A stretch of DNA of 64,000 nucleotides, taken from NCBI GenBank assembly GCA_043228905.1, contig JBHGNT010000014.1, positions 7,874,001 through 7,938,000 on the forward strand. Reading direction: 5' to 3'. The stretch comes from Azolla caroliniana. Its lineage: Eukaryota > Plantae > Polypodiophyta. Positions 26,401 through 40,625 of this stretch are shown in pieces (within the stretch, counting starts at the first letter, position 1; the number at the start of each line of letters is the position of its first letter). The position numbers were made by a program, and so were the translations under genes. Under the pieces are notes generated by a model. It saw only the letters and a program-made list of their open reading frames with translations, was not told the DNA's origin and made no database searches.

Positions 26401-29400
26401 CATGCACAATACATCCAACCACATCATAAAACTCATGACGTGCTCTACTCACATCTTTTGTCATTAACAATTGTGGGCCAATCAACCCCTTAAAGTAATG
26501 AACACATATGTCAATTATTTTAGTAGGATCCACTATCCATTCATCACCTTGCTTCACCTGTACCACATTAAATCAAGTATAAGTAGGATGTAATGCTTGG
26601 AAAAACAAATGGGATTGACATTGATTATCTATGAGCCCATCCCTCAATTGTCACATCTTTGCATAACGATAACTTTGGCATTGCAATTGAGAAATAATAA
26701 CATGAAATTGACTTTGGATATCCAAAAGCTCCTCATGTAAAGGTGCACGTATCAATAATGCATTACACCTAGAGAGAACTGGTGAGAATTTTAGAAGAAG
26801 ATCTCTTCTTCGTTGAGCATTAGTTACTCCATACATACGATGAACGATCTTAATATTTCGTAATGTGATATCCCATGCTTTAACTCCTTTAAGATTCACT
26901 TCTTGTGAAAAATTTACAAAAATTTGCTACATGAGAGAATCAAAGTGAGGTTGAAGCAAAAGAGAAGAGTTAAAGCGTAATGGAGGCTTTCCAAGTAAGG
27001 ATTTATACATGTCAATTGCATGACCACAAATCTCCAAACAAATAGGAAAGTAATCTAAAGTTCCTACATCTTGTAAAACTACCATACGAAGTGATGTCGG
27101 TAAAAAAGAATCATTGTGCATCACATACATTCTATCTAACCGACTCCATGTTTGTCTATGTTGAGCGGATTGGAAAGTAAAACCTGGATCATTCCCATGC
27201 AACCATGTCCAAACATCCAACTTCAAAACCTCTATAACCAATGAATCCCAAGCAAGTTTCCTAGGATCATCCATGATTGAATGTTCAGACGTAGATTGAG
27301 ATGCATCAACACACATGTTAAAATCACCCATAAGTAATCCTGGACGGCCCACACATAGGGTTTGATGGAGTGAGCCCAATAATGCAATATGTTGAGTGGC
27401 TTGGTTAGGGGCATAAATCCCAACCACCCACACAACCTCGCCAAAAAAAGTGATTTCTAGAACCAAAAACTGACCATAAGGATCATTATGCACCACTTGA
27501 GGAAAATACTTATCTTGCACGATTAACACCACACTTGAATAATGATTATTAAGATGTCCTGCACAGAATGATAAATATCCACGCAAATGAGCTGTGGATC
27601 CTGCTAACTCATGACACTTATGCTCAACTGCACATAATATATCCCATTCTTTACTTAATAAAGTTTGTCATAATATATACTTCTTATGAGGAGAACATGC
27701 CCCTCTCACATTCCATGTTACCACTTTCATTCAGTCAACAATGTTATGGGTGCACTTGCTCCTTTAGAGCAACCGATGTCATGAAACTAGTCAAAGCATG
27801 TTCCAATGCTGCATAACGATTTTCATGCACCACATCCTTAGCGTTGTCTATCGAACTCTTTTGTTTAGGTTCTCCCGCTTCACGAAAACCTCGAGAATTC
27901 GATGAATTTATAACCGTCCCAATGAATCAAATTAAAGGTGAAGGGGTAATCCCTTATCCCTAAATTGTCTTTGCCAAGGAACTTTTTGAGGACCCTCCCT
28001 AGTTCCTGAATTACTTTTCCAAGTAGTCTCACGAGTAGTGGGCAAACTATTACATTGCATATTCATTGGTTTGCCCTTTGACTTGCCCTTAACCTGATGC
28101 CAATCCTTTTCAACAACAACATCATTACTAGTTCTATCCAACTGTTTTTTCCCCTTATCTATAACCACCAAATTTTGTTTTTCCATATCCATAGATTGAG
28201 TTCCCTTATTCTTAGGGCCCAAACCTTGAAGTGAAACCTCTTTATAACCTGCTCTAGATGATGTTCCTTCATCCATAACAACCACCATATCGAACACACC
28301 AACATCTCTCCCAACTCCTTCCTTACCATTCCCTTCATTAGGAACCTCTATAGTTGAAGGACAATGACGATGGCATTCTGTCATAAAGTGACCCCATTCA
28401 CCACATCCAAAACAGTGACCTGCAAATATCTCCCACTTCATTTTAAAACAAAGTCTTTTCATTCTAGGTGTGTTCATACGCACCCATCTTGGCCTCTTAC
28501 GACTTGTATCCCATAACACACAAAATCTGCACTTATTTCTAGCATTTGCATGTGGATATACCAACACTTTACTCATTTGAATCATCAACTCTGGTAAAAG
28601 TGGCCATAAAAAAGCTTGCTTACAATCCACTGTTACCCAAACAGGGCATTCTTGTTTCAACAAAGCATGATAGTCCACAATAGGGGACCATTGCATTACA
28701 TGCACCAATCGTTTATAAAAAAACACTGGAACTTTAGCCAACAATGCACTTCGATGTTCTGGTGAACAAAACACTACATCATAAAACCCTCGTGGTCCTG
28801 CATATATATTTTCAACACAATTTGGTGACACGATTGTGTTCAACCATTGTTTAATCCAATTAATGTATGGGAGTTTCCTAGTAAAAAACAATATAATTGC
28901 ATGATCATAGAATACATCAAAAGATTACAACACTACCTTAGCATCAACATCCACATCATTGCATTCTTTCACTACATTTTCATTTTCTTCCACAATATCA
29001 GACAATAAGGTATTGGCAATTCCCCATAAAGTATCCCAATTACAATTATCCTTGTCAACCTCATCTACATGTATTACTTCGACATATGTCTCTTTTTTCT
29101 CATTAATTTCCTCAATGCCCTTAAACCTCTTAGAGCTTCCAATGTCTTGCCTTTCACGATTACATTCAACCATCACATTACTCTTTTTTGGATCAATTGT
29201 TTCCATATCGATGTCCCCCACAATTTGAGAGGAATTCATGTTTATATCCATTATTCTTGTTGTGATAGTGATCCGGGATAAAAACAAATTTCCATGAACA
29301 AGAAAGACAATTGGAATTCACCCGATTGAAGAGGTCGAAGATGACAAATACAATGGAAGACCCACAATGTGTGTTGAGTATGTGGATGCCAACAACACAA

Positions 29401-29619
29401 GATTCCTTATATTTAATTGCTGCTTCTCGCACAAACCACCAAATTTAACTTGCTATATCTTGTTACAAAGCACTAATCCAGGGCTTTCCAACGCATGTCT
29501 TTATGCTCGATTCCGTTACCGATAGAGAGCGCAACAATAAAAACAATTTCGCTTTTTCTTCCCCTCTCCCCTCTTGCTTTTTTTTTCCGCTCTTTTTGTC
29601 TCCCTCCCTCCCTCTGTCC

Positions 29620-29624
29620 CTCTC

Positions 29625-29684
<60 letters not shown>
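29620..29684. repeat. (CT)n microsatellite
   Basis: Seen directly. Confidence 0.9.
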
Positions 29685-29688
<4 letters not shown>

Positions 29689-31382
29689 GTGTTATGTCAT
29701 TGTAAAATTTTATGTTAGTGTCATGTTTTCTTCATATTCTCGAATATATGTTTTATGAGTTTTTGAACGTTTTATTATCAATCTGTATAGTTCATAATTG
29801 CAAGAAACCCGGACATATCAAAGCCAATTTCCGTGCACTCAAGGCAAAAAATGAAAAGGCTCAACAAGCTGATCAAAAGAGTGGCCGGCATGAGGAGGTC
29901 AATTACGTCGGCTCTAAGGCCGAAATACTGTCCAACGACCCAAACATACTATCCATTGAGAACCCAATCGAATTAGAAATTCTGCTTACAACAGAGGAAT
30001 TGAGCACATGGCTCTTGGATTCAGGTGCTTCATATCATGGGACCCCTAATCGATCCCAATTTCGGCAATACTCAGCCCTACATTCTGACTCAATTGGAGT
30101 CGGAAGTTCACACCACTGCACGATTATTGGAATCGGCACATTAGAGCTCAACCTTCCGGGTGGCTCAACATTGCTACTACATAATGTCTGACATGTACCT
30201 GAGCTCTCAAGACCTTTGATCTTAGTCAGACAATTAGACAAAGACGGCATCTGTGCCGCCTTCTCATCAGGAGGGTGGACACTTCACAGGGGGAACCTCC
30301 TACTTGTTTGAGGACCGACTGTGCACTTGTTGTACCCGTTATATCTCACACTCAAAGAGGGTGATTTGTTCTTGGTCGACATTCCCATGTCATCACTTTG
30401 GCATGGACGAGTTCGACACCTTAGCAAGGCCGGCATCACGCATTTATCTAGAGCCGGATACATCCTTAAACTCTCCTTCTCTGATCATCAGTTTTGTGAG
30501 CATTGCTAGTACGACAAATAGATAGCCGCATCATATCCGATATCAGCACTGAGAGAATCGAGTCCCCTCGATTTGGTCCAGTTGGATGTCTGTGGTCCTA
30601 TGCCACATCAGTCTCTCGGTGGTGCCTTGTATTTCGTCAGCTTAATTGATGACTCGACTCGAAAGGTGTGGGCTTACCCAATTAAAACTAAAGATCGAGT
30701 GTTCTCGATTTTTTCTGATTGGCTCGCTATGGTCAAGAATCAGTTCAGCCGAAAACTGAAATGCTTTCGGACCGATAATGGAGGGGAATTCAAATTTGAA
30801 GAATTCGTCAGATTTTGCTGACAACGCGGCTAATGACGTTGTCGGGCCTTTCGACATTATATCGTTTGCATGAGTTGGGTGGGAACCGTTGGGGTTTTGG
30901 ACTAGGAGGAGGAAGAATTTGAGACAAGGTTTGTTACGAATAGATTGTAAGATGATATGAAACTCGTGAATCCCACGAGTATAGTGTATTAATTGATACT
31001 TACATTGTAAGAGACAAATAGATAGCAAAAACGTGAATCCCACGAATATTTTATATTAATCAACCCTTATAAAAAACCAACAAAAACCATATACATCTTT
31101 TCTCTCTTCCTTATATAGTGATGGAAGAGACTAAGCATAGCATCATGCTTTTTCCTAAAGTGTTCATGCACACTAGATGTGCATGAGTTGGCTTTTTCAA
31201 CCATGCTTTTTTTTTTCCTAAATATAGTGCTCATGCACACTAGATGTGCACGAGTAATTGGCTTGTGTTTTTCTTCCAAATAAAGTTTTCACGCACTCTA
31301 AAAGTGCATGATTTACTTTTTTTGTAAAAATAGGCATAAATATAACTCTTATACCTATTGAATCTATATTTAAATCACTTAT

Positions 31383-31452
31383 GATAAGTTAGTTAAATGG
31401 TAAATATTGGGTTTGTTTACATGGAGGTACAAGGTTTGAATCCTGCCCTATG
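31383..31452 (+). ncRNA. tRNA-like Pol III cassette in LTR U3, antisense to element
   Basis: A box TAGTTAAATGG 31390-31400; B box GGTTTGAATCC 31433-31443; T-runs from ~31465. Confidence 0.6.
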
Positions 31453-34302
31453 CATGTAACAATATTTTTAATATTTTCTTTTATTTATTTATGCGTACTT
31501 AAATCAGATATATTTTTTACATATTTCACGTAGTGTGCGAATTACACTACGACACTCGCCCCCTCCGAACCCGCACATCCTCCGGTATGTGCCGAAGTTC
31601 TTGATGCTTGTTATTCGCCTTCATCCATAGCACTCTCCGGTTCTCCCCTTATGTCGATTATCAATTGTAGTCCACTTTCTTCGCTTTCCGCATCACCGCG
31701 ATCTTTGTCCGATTGCTCCTCCTTGTTGGTCTTGTCTAAGCATACATAAGGTTCGTCATTAGTCTGCTTCTTGAAAATCTTCACCCGTTTCCCCGCTATA
31801 GGCACCCGTAGTACTGTTCCATCCAACTCGCATAGTTGGTAAGTTTCGTTGTCGAAAACTTTCTGAACCTCGTATGGCCCGAACCACCTTTTAGCAAACT
31901 TCCATATCGTTGTATGTTGATGATCCAAACTGCTGTCATAGACAATCACCCAATCTCCTTCTTCAATCTTCTGTGGTCATAGTCGATGCTTTGTGTCGAA
32001 TCGACTTTTGTTCTGGAATCGCGCTTCCTGTTGTCGGTGTGTTGCTTCCGCTATGTCTTACGGTCTTCCCTCTAGTTGTCGTATCCAGACTGCTAATAGT
32101 TCTTCCCGGCTCATTTCTTCCTTCCACGGTAGCATTGTCCACATTGCAATTGCGGTTTCCATCAACATTATCGGTGCTTATCAGTCATAAGTTTGGCTAG
32201 CATATAACCGGTCACGAAACTATGCGTCGTGCGATCCACCCATAGTGCATACAGAAGCATTTGCGGCCAATCCTTCACCCTTCCGTTGCATGCTTTTGCA
32301 AGTGCTTTAACGATTGGACTATTTCCTCGCTCGATCTTTCCGTTGGCTTATGGATTGTATGTCGTGGTTAGTGTTAACCGTACTCCATGTTTGACGAAGA
32401 ATTCCCTACTTTATCAGAGTCAAAATCTCCCCGATCCACAATCACTTGTCCTACCCACCTGTACCTGCAGAACACTTCTTCCAAGAGAAATTGGCATACT
32501 TTAGAACATGTTTTCCTCCGTAGTGCCCCATCCCTCTACTTGGTTTCTTAGATCTTCCCAGGCTAACACCAAGTACTTCTTTTGTCCGATCTTGGTTGAC
32601 ATGGCCACAATGTCGACCATCCATTTGAAGTTGATTGTCGGTGAGAATATCGGATGTAATTCATCTCGGTGTCGAACTCCGGAGTAGATTTGACATTTCT
32701 TGCAGCTTTCCGTGAACTTCGCTACATCTTTGTACATATTCTTCCACCAATATTTTAGTTTGATCTTCGCAAATGTTGCCCATGTTCCCTGATGTCCAGC
32801 CCAATCGGATTCGTGAAATTCAGACATTATCCGGTTTTGTTGCTCTTTTGTTCCGACTACCCGTAGTGGTATACCATTCGGTCTTTTCGGCTCCCTCCAG
32901 ATTAATCCAATGTTCAAGAAAAACTTTTGGATTTGATGCTTCTTACTTCGTATCTCGGCTCTGTTTTCTTTATTGTCCGATGATTCCTCGATTTCTTGTA
33001 GCACTTTCCCGATCAACAAACTTTCTCCCTCGTATTCTTCTTCCCGAAATTCGCGGATTACATTTATCTGGTATATGTTCTCCGAAGTAAAGTAGTTTTC
33101 GGAAACTTCGTCATTATCGGATTCAGCTATGTCGTCTCCGAACCATGCCCTTGATAGCATATCCACTACCGTGTTGTCTTTTTTGGAGATGTGTCGTATC
33201 TCCGGATTAAGCGACATTACATATGCAATCCATCTTAGCATAGCCACATCCGGTATCTTTAACACCGCATCATCCTGAGTATTGGAAGACAATCCGTTTC
33301 GATCACTACTTCGGCTCAAATTAAGTAATCTCAATCTGATTTTATTGTCGACACGACTACCCATAATTCTCTTTTAACTTATGCATATCCGCGTTGCCTT
33401 TCGTTGAGAACCTTTGCTCGGAATCGGATCAGATATCGTGAACCATCGGCTTGATTGATGACCCATCTGATCCCGGTTGGAATCAACCGTTACTATAATC
33501 GGTCGGTCATAGTTTGGCTTCTTAAGTGCTTCTGCCCTTTGTAGTGATTTCTTGAGTTTCTTCACGGCTTTGGTATGTTCAGGTTTCCATTCAAACTTCT
33601 TCCCCTTCCGCAACAAGTGATAGAGTGGGTCCGCAATGTGTGTATTGTGCGGAATCCATATGTGATAGAATGCACATGCCCCAAGAAATCTACGGACTTC
33701 GGATTATGACTCACATATTTCTTTCATAGCTTGAATCGCATCGATCTTGATTGGCGACGGTCTTCGGCCGTAGGGCGCCCACATATATGACCGACTACCA
33801 ATATCTCTTCTTGTTCGAATGCTGATTTCTCTCTGGAGAGTGTTAGGTGCACATCTTCTAACTTCCGTAACACTTTCTCGCAATCGCGAATATGGTCGAC
33901 TACGAAATTTCGGCATCCCCGATCATCCATAGTCTCATCTTTTTCTTCCACCGCACATCCTTTTATCGGAATGTCATCTAGGAATGACATCGTTATCTCT
34001 GGAATGCAGTCCCGGAGCACCTTGTTCATCGCATTCATCATATGTGCGACCGAGTTCATCGCGCCTTGTGGTAGCGTGCACATCCGGACCAATCCTATCG
34101 GTGTTCGCATGGTAGTGATGTCTCGGCTCTCCACGGCTAGTTGGATTTGGTCATACCCAGAGTATACGTCTCCGATGGAGTATATCGCGCGACCGACAAA
34201 TGCTTACGCAAATTCGTCCACTATCTGACCGACTCCGGAGTTCCGGATCGTGACCTTGTTACCGGTTGCAAATCTTGAATAAATCGGAGTGACCCATTGT
34301 CA

Positions 34303-34374
34303 TGATATGGAAAGACTCGAACCCATGACCTTATGTTATATGGGTCAAGCTCTTGACCATTATACCATCTATTG
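34303..34374 (-). ncRNA. tRNA-like Pol III cassette at the 5' tip of the chromovirus 5' LTR, antisense
   Basis: Minus strand A box TGGTATAATGG (34367-34357), AGGTC variable-loop-like motif, B box GGTTCGAGTCT (34323-34313). Confidence 0.6.
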
Positions 34375-34727
34375 TAATACGTAGAATATTATTTTCATTT
34401 AAGTTTTATTATAGGAAATTAATATATATTCTAGATTTCTCTGGAACATTCTAGAAGCTTTAGGATTACTCCTGAGAACACTATAAAAGAAGGCACTAGG
34501 AATTATGTTGAACCAAATTGGTTCAATGCCAGTCTTAAGCCTCATAGCCATCTTGTACTTACTCTGCCTATAATATATCATCTATTATCATCATCTCTCT
34601 CTCTCTCTCTCTTCTCTTCTCTTTCCTCCCTCTCGGGAGTCTTACGCAGTCCCGTCCTCTTAGTACTAATAGTACTTCCCTTCTCTAGTACTAATTCTCT
34701 CTCTGTTTTAGTACTATTCCTGATAGT

Positions 34728-34739
34728 TTGAACCAATTT
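34728..34739 (+). promoter_or_regulatory. Self-priming PBS, complementary to the predicted 5' end of the element's own RNA
   Basis: TTGAACCAATTT is the exact reverse complement of AAATTGGTTCAA at 34515-34526, ~30 bp downstream of TATAAAA (34482). No TGG tRNA-type PBS. Confidence 0.8.
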
Positions 34740-37700
34740 CCCTCTATAGTCTTTCTTTTGGTTTCCCTCATCCTCTTATCCTTTTTCTATACAATGGCTT
34801 CTGTTAGCGCCCAAGAATACCAATCCGTTTTCTCTGAGCTACAGTGTCTAAAAGAAAAATTTGTTGCCTTGGAACAAGAAAACCAACGGTTGTTAGGGGA
34901 TCTTCAACAAATCACCCTAGAAAAACAGCAAACGCAGCAACAACATGGGGAGTTAGCGTTACGTGTGCAACAAATCGAAGCAGCGTTCCAACAACAAGGA
35001 TCAAGTCCCCACGGATTGCATAAAGAGCCCAAGATTGGACTTCCTGTGAAATTTGATGGAATGCGGTCGCAATTTAGGGGATTCCTCAATCAGGTATGCT
35101 TAGTCATTCAAATGCATCCTTCTCGATACCCCACTCATGCATCCTGAGTCGGCCTAATAGGCACGTTGCTTAGCGGCTCAACCGTGGCATGGTTTGCTCC
35201 GCTTCTGGAAAAACAATCACCCTTACTTAATAACTTCGAAGACTTTATTAGTGAGTTTATAAAGCTTGCTTTGGAGATACAGACAACATCTGGACGACGA
35301 TCAACAAAATCCGATGATTGCGTCAAGGCGATCGTCTAGCCTCTGCCTACGCGGCGGATTTCCGTCTACTCGCTTCAGATATGCCCTGGGATGATCAGAC
35401 ACTAATGGAGCAATTTCGCTACGGCCTGCGAAACGATGTCTCTTACCTTCCCCGAAGAACCAAAGTCTCTTACGGAGGCAATCAGTCGAGTAGTCCGATG
35501 TGACAACCGTCTTTTCGAATGGCATTCGGAACATCAATTACAAATACCACGCTTTAGGCTGGAGCCCACTTACGCCTCAGTCGCGGCTAAACCGTTTGCA
35601 CGAGACATACCTCAAGCAAATACTTCGACACCATGCGTCGACGTGGCCCGTTATCAGAAGAAGAAAAGCAACGACGACGTGCAAATCGATTATGTCTTTA
35701 TTGCGGTGGACCAGGGCATATCGCAATCAATTGTCCCCATAGGCCAAGAAGACAAGTAAATCAAATCGTAGCCTGTACTAAACCCGAGTCAATTCTTCCC
35801 TTAAGAGTGTTTGATAATATTAATAGTACTAATAGAGTGTCTGATAGTATTAATAGTATTAATAGCCCAAGTATCTCAAACAAATTTGAAATCCTTAGTC
35901 AATTAGATAAAGAGTTAAACGATTGAGTCCAGCCAAAATAGGAGCCATTTGGTTGGACAGCCCTAGATTTGTACAACCCATTAGTGGTTACATTCCCTCC
36001 AAGCAAGTTAGCAATGTGTTCCTAGCCCAAGTCATGGTTAATACTAAAAGTACTCCCCCAATACACGTCCTAACACTTCTAGATTCTGGAGCTAATTCCT
36101 GTTTCATGGATTGAAAGTTTGCCCAAGCTTCTCAGATATCCTTAAGAAAACTTACTTGCCCCACATTTGTAGTAGTCATTGATGGTCATCCCATTGCTTC
36201 TGGGAATATTGTAGAAGAGTCAGAACCCATTCAAGTTGTCCTAGGTAGTTTTGTGTGTGTAGTAGTAGCATTTAATATAATTAGTAGTCCAGAGCATCCC
36301 ATTGTCCTAGGATTACCTTGGTTTGAATTACATAATCCAGCCATAGATTGGAGAACAAGAGAAGTCTGACATCGACAACCCCAAGAATCTACTCATTGAG
36401 TTTCGACCATTTCACTACATCAATTACGCGAAGAAGGACACAAGGAGGCAATGTTCCTATTTGCAATATCAGTACATCCTTCTAGCACTATCAAGGAGGA
36501 ATCCTTAGTGCAACTTCCGGCGAAATATCATCCTTATGCCGATGTATTTGACAAGGTAAAAGCCGGTACTCTTCCTCATCATCGTCCCTATGATTGTCCC
36601 ATCGATTTACAACCAGGAGCAAAGCCACCATGGGGACCAATTTACAACTTGTCACCCACCGAGTTAGAAGTCCTTCGAGCCTACATAGAGGAGAACTTGG
36701 CAAGCGGGTTTATTCGTCATTCAAAATATCCGGCCGGTGCACCCATCTTCTTTGTCAAGAAGAAAGATGGCTCACTTCGTCTCGTCATTGATTACTGCGG
36801 TTTCAATAAAGTCACCATCCGGAATAGGTATGCACTTCCTCTTATATCAATTATGTTAGAGCGAGTTAATGGTGCCAAGTTTTTTACAAAAATCGATCTA
36901 CAAGGAGCGTATAACCTCGTGCGGATCCGATCGTGAGATGAATGGAAGACCGCCTTTCGCACGCGGTATGGGCATTTCGAATATATTGTTATGCCGTTCA
37001 GTCTAACCAATCCACCCGCAATCTTCAAACACATGGCAAATGATATATTCAGAGACCTCTTGGATATCCGTTTGATCATCTATTTGGATGATCTATTGAT
37101 TTATTCTAAGACCCAGGCAGAGCACGATTCTCATGTACTATTAGTACTAAAATGACTCCGCGAGAATGGTCTTTATGCCAAGCTAGAAAATGTAGCTTTG
37201 ACTGCAAGCAAGTGGAATTTCTAGACTACGTCATCTCCTCAAAGGGCATCTCCATGGATCCAGCTAAAGTCCAAACTATGCTAGAGTGGAAAATTCCACG
37301 GTCGGTACAAGATGTACAATGTTTTCTAGGTTTTGCTAACTTCTATCGCAAGTTTATACAGGATTACTCGAAGATTATTTTACCTCTCACACAACTTACG
37401 AAGAAAGGATAAGAATTTCTTTGGTCCAATGAAGCGGACATGGCTTTTCGGCATCTTAAGAAAGCCTTTACATCAGCTCCTATTCTAGCTCATATGGATA
37501 CAAAGAAACCATTCATCATGGAGGCCGACGCATTGGATTTCGCCCTCGGCAGCATCCTTTCTCAACAAGGAGATAAAGAAGAGTTACATCTTGTGGCTTT
37601 CCATTCATGCAAATTCGATGCCACGGAAATCAACTACGAAATACATGAGAAGGAGTTATTAGCCATCGTGGATTCCTTTGCGCAATGGCGGCATTTCTTA

Positions 37701-39497
37701 GAGGGCTCTCCACATCAGGTCATTGTCTTTAGTGATCACAAAAACCTTGCTTATTTCCAGAATGCTCAGGTGCTAAATTGACGGCAAGCTCGGTGGGCTC
37801 AATTCCTCACGCGTTTCGACTTCAATATCACATATCGACCGGGGAAGCAACAAGGAAAAGCAGATGCGCTATCATAGCGTTTATATCTTGCACCTCGTCC
37901 TGGTGATCCAGCGTTTGATAATCAAAAGCAAGTAATCTTGGGACCAACACGATTGCACACAATGCGGATTTTTCACATCCCAATGGATTCCCGGATTACC
38001 GATGCCATACGTGCGAACTTGAAGACAAACAGTTTTGCTCAAGACATTCTGGCGCACATTGATACCTCTATCCTGTTCCCAATCTCAACAACCAGGTATG
38101 GACTACCGACAATTCGAATATCATGATGGTTTGTTATTCTTTAAAAATCTCGTATATGGCCCCGATTGCTCCTGTCGCCTTCAAATCGTCCAAAATTGCC
38201 ACGACACCCATACGGCGAGACATTTCGGTAGTACTAAGACGTTGGATCTTGTTCAACGATCTTTTTGGTGGCCCCATATGCGACGTTTTGTCGACGACTA
38301 CGTTCGGACTTGTGATACTTGTTGCGGAGCAAAGATGCCCCGACACCATCCATATGGCTTGTTGGAACCCTCACTGATTCCAAGTAAGCCGTGGCAGTCT
38401 ATTTGTCTTGATTTTATCACAAATCTTCCGGTCTCGAAGGGGTTCGATGCTATCTTAACCATCGTCGATCAATATACCAAGATGGCACATTTTGTGCCGT
38501 ATACTAAGGCCATCACTAGCGAGGAAACCGCCGCCCTTGTCATTCGTGAGGTATTTTGGCATCATGGCCTCCCAGACAGTATCATCAGTGACCGAACACC
38601 TCAATTCATCTCCAAATTTTGGCAGTATCTCTTCAAGATGCTCAAGGTCTCTTGCAACCTTTCCTCTGGCTACGATCCCCAAACCTATGGGCAGGCGGAA
38701 CGAACAAATTGGAACAATATCTCCGGTGTTTTCTGAGTTATCAACAGGACGATTGGGCCGAGATTCTCCACTTTGCAAAGTTTGTATATAATAATGCTGT
38801 CCACTCCTCGACTTGGGTCTCCCCATTTTACGCTTACACCGGTTCTCATCCTCGCTAGTCGGTGATCGACACCCCGGAGCTACCTGCCAATCCTCGTGCC
38901 GAGGATCATTTGGAGAGGCTACGCAAGATCCAGATGGATCTCTCTACTCATCTTCATCATGCTCAACACACACAACAGACTTATGCGGATCGTCATCGGC
39001 TTCCCTCCTCTTTTGCCATTGGAGATCGCGTATGACTCTTACATGGTCATATCAAGACTACTTGACCGTGCGACAAGTTGGATTATCGACGACTCGGTCC
39101 TTTCCGTATTACTAGTCAGGTTAATGATGTCACGTTCCGCCTTGATCTCCCTCTGCATCTTCAAATACATCTGGTTTTCCATAGCTCTCTTCTTGAACCT
39201 TATAAAGCAAACATTATTCCCGATCATGTTACACCACCGCCGCCCCCACTTGAGTTGGAAGCTGGCCCGGAGTATGAAGTTGCTGCCGTCCTCAATTCCA
39301 AACTTGTTCGCAACAAACTTTATTATTTGGTCGATTGGCTCGGCTATAGTCCGAGCGAACGTACTTGGGAACCCGTCGAGCATGTCGCCAATTCTCAGGA
39401 TCTTCTTGTTGAGTTCCACCAAAAGTATCCGAACAAACCCGGTCCACAATCAGCGCCGACTCGTTCCACTCGTCGTCTTAAGGGGGAGATAGTGTCA

Positions 39498-39569
39498 TGA
39501 TATGGCAAGACTCGAACCCATGACCTTATGTTATATGGGTCGAGCTCTTGACCATTATACCATCTATTG
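39498..39569 (-). ncRNA. tRNA-like Pol III cassette in the chromovirus 3' LTR, antisense
   Basis: A box 39562-39552 and B box 39518-39508, same sequences as in the 5' LTR. Confidence 0.6.
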
Positions 39570-40174
39570 TAATACGTAGAATATTATTTTCATTTAAATT
39601 TTATTATAGGAAATTTATGTATATGGGTAAAAGCATGCGAGTGGAAACACTATTATAGCTAATTAGCTACTAAAATGGCCATAGCTAATTAGCTATTTGT
39701 TTAGCTAGTCTTTTTTGTGGGAAAATCAAATATTTGAAAAACTAATTTATGAAAAAATTCAAATATTTGAACTTCTGTTTCAGACGTAGTGGAACTTGGG
39801 GAATAGCACCATCATCTAAGGTCGACTTCAATGTCATCAATTTCCTGTTTAGCCTAAGTTTGATTTTGAACGCAGATGGAGTACTCAGAGCACGAACGTA
39901 GACGTAGCTCCCGCAACAACAGAAAATTGACATTGCAGATTGAGAGCAACAACACAGAACCCGCTCGATCATCGTCCAGGTATGTTTCAGTTACAGAAAC
40001 CCCAAACATTTGTTTTTTCTTTTTGACTACTGTCTGAACTTTGGTGCCGATTCATATTTCCCCAAAATCGAATAGGGCGAAGACCTTGGAGTCCCATACA
40101 AGGATGTCTCGTAGATCGGGGAGTAGCAACAGGTGTGTTTATATTACGTTTTTTGTGTTTAATCCTGTCTTTAG

Positions 40175-40625
40175 TGATGATTGGGGTTTCTGATTGAAAT
40201 TTCTAATTAGGGTTTTTGATTATAAATTTCTGATTAGAATTTCTGAATAGGGTTTCTGGTTACAAATTTTGATTACAGATTAGAATTTTTGATTAAAATT
40301 TCTGAATAGGGTTTTTGTTTATAAATTTCTGTTTAGGATTTCTGATTAGGGTTTGTGATTGAAATTTTTGATTAGGGTTTCTGATTGAAATTTCTGATTA
40401 GGGTTTTTGATTATAAATTTCTGATTAGAATTTCTGAATAGGGTTTCTGGTTACAAACTTCTAATTATAGATTTTGATTAGGGTTTCTGATTTCAAACTT
40501 CTGATTATAGATTTTGATTAGGGTTTTTGATTTCAAATTTCTGAATACAAATTATGATTAGGGTTTCTCATTTGCTAAGTTAAAGATTTTGCACCATTTT
40601 TGTTGTCTTTGATTGGGGTTTCTGA
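40175..40625. repeat. Degenerate tandem array rich in ATTAGGGTTT (telo-box-like) in the 5' intron of the cargo gene
   Basis: Repeated gattagggtttctgatt..aaatttct units between a GT donor (~40113) and tttcAG|ATG at 40678/40679. Confidence 0.8.

Larger units (their letters stand above)
18170..29470 (-). mobile_element. L1-clade LINE, decayed, split by the copia at 18510-24180
   Basis: ORF1 27932-29287 with CFGCGEWGHFMTEC knuckle. ORF2 endonuclease (GIYAPN, MGDFN, SRLDR), RT (WRPISL, QGCPISPLLF) and zf-RVT-like region (KVFIWK..C..EDSTH..C). ORF2 rejoins across the GGGTC TSD (QVDP|KSEMEIVF). Ends approximate. Confidence 0.88.

Noticed and set aside
40175-40625. True or interstitial telomere
   Set aside because: TTAGGG motifs are isolated within longer degenerate units, not contiguous TTTAGGG runs, and lie inside a transposon intron.
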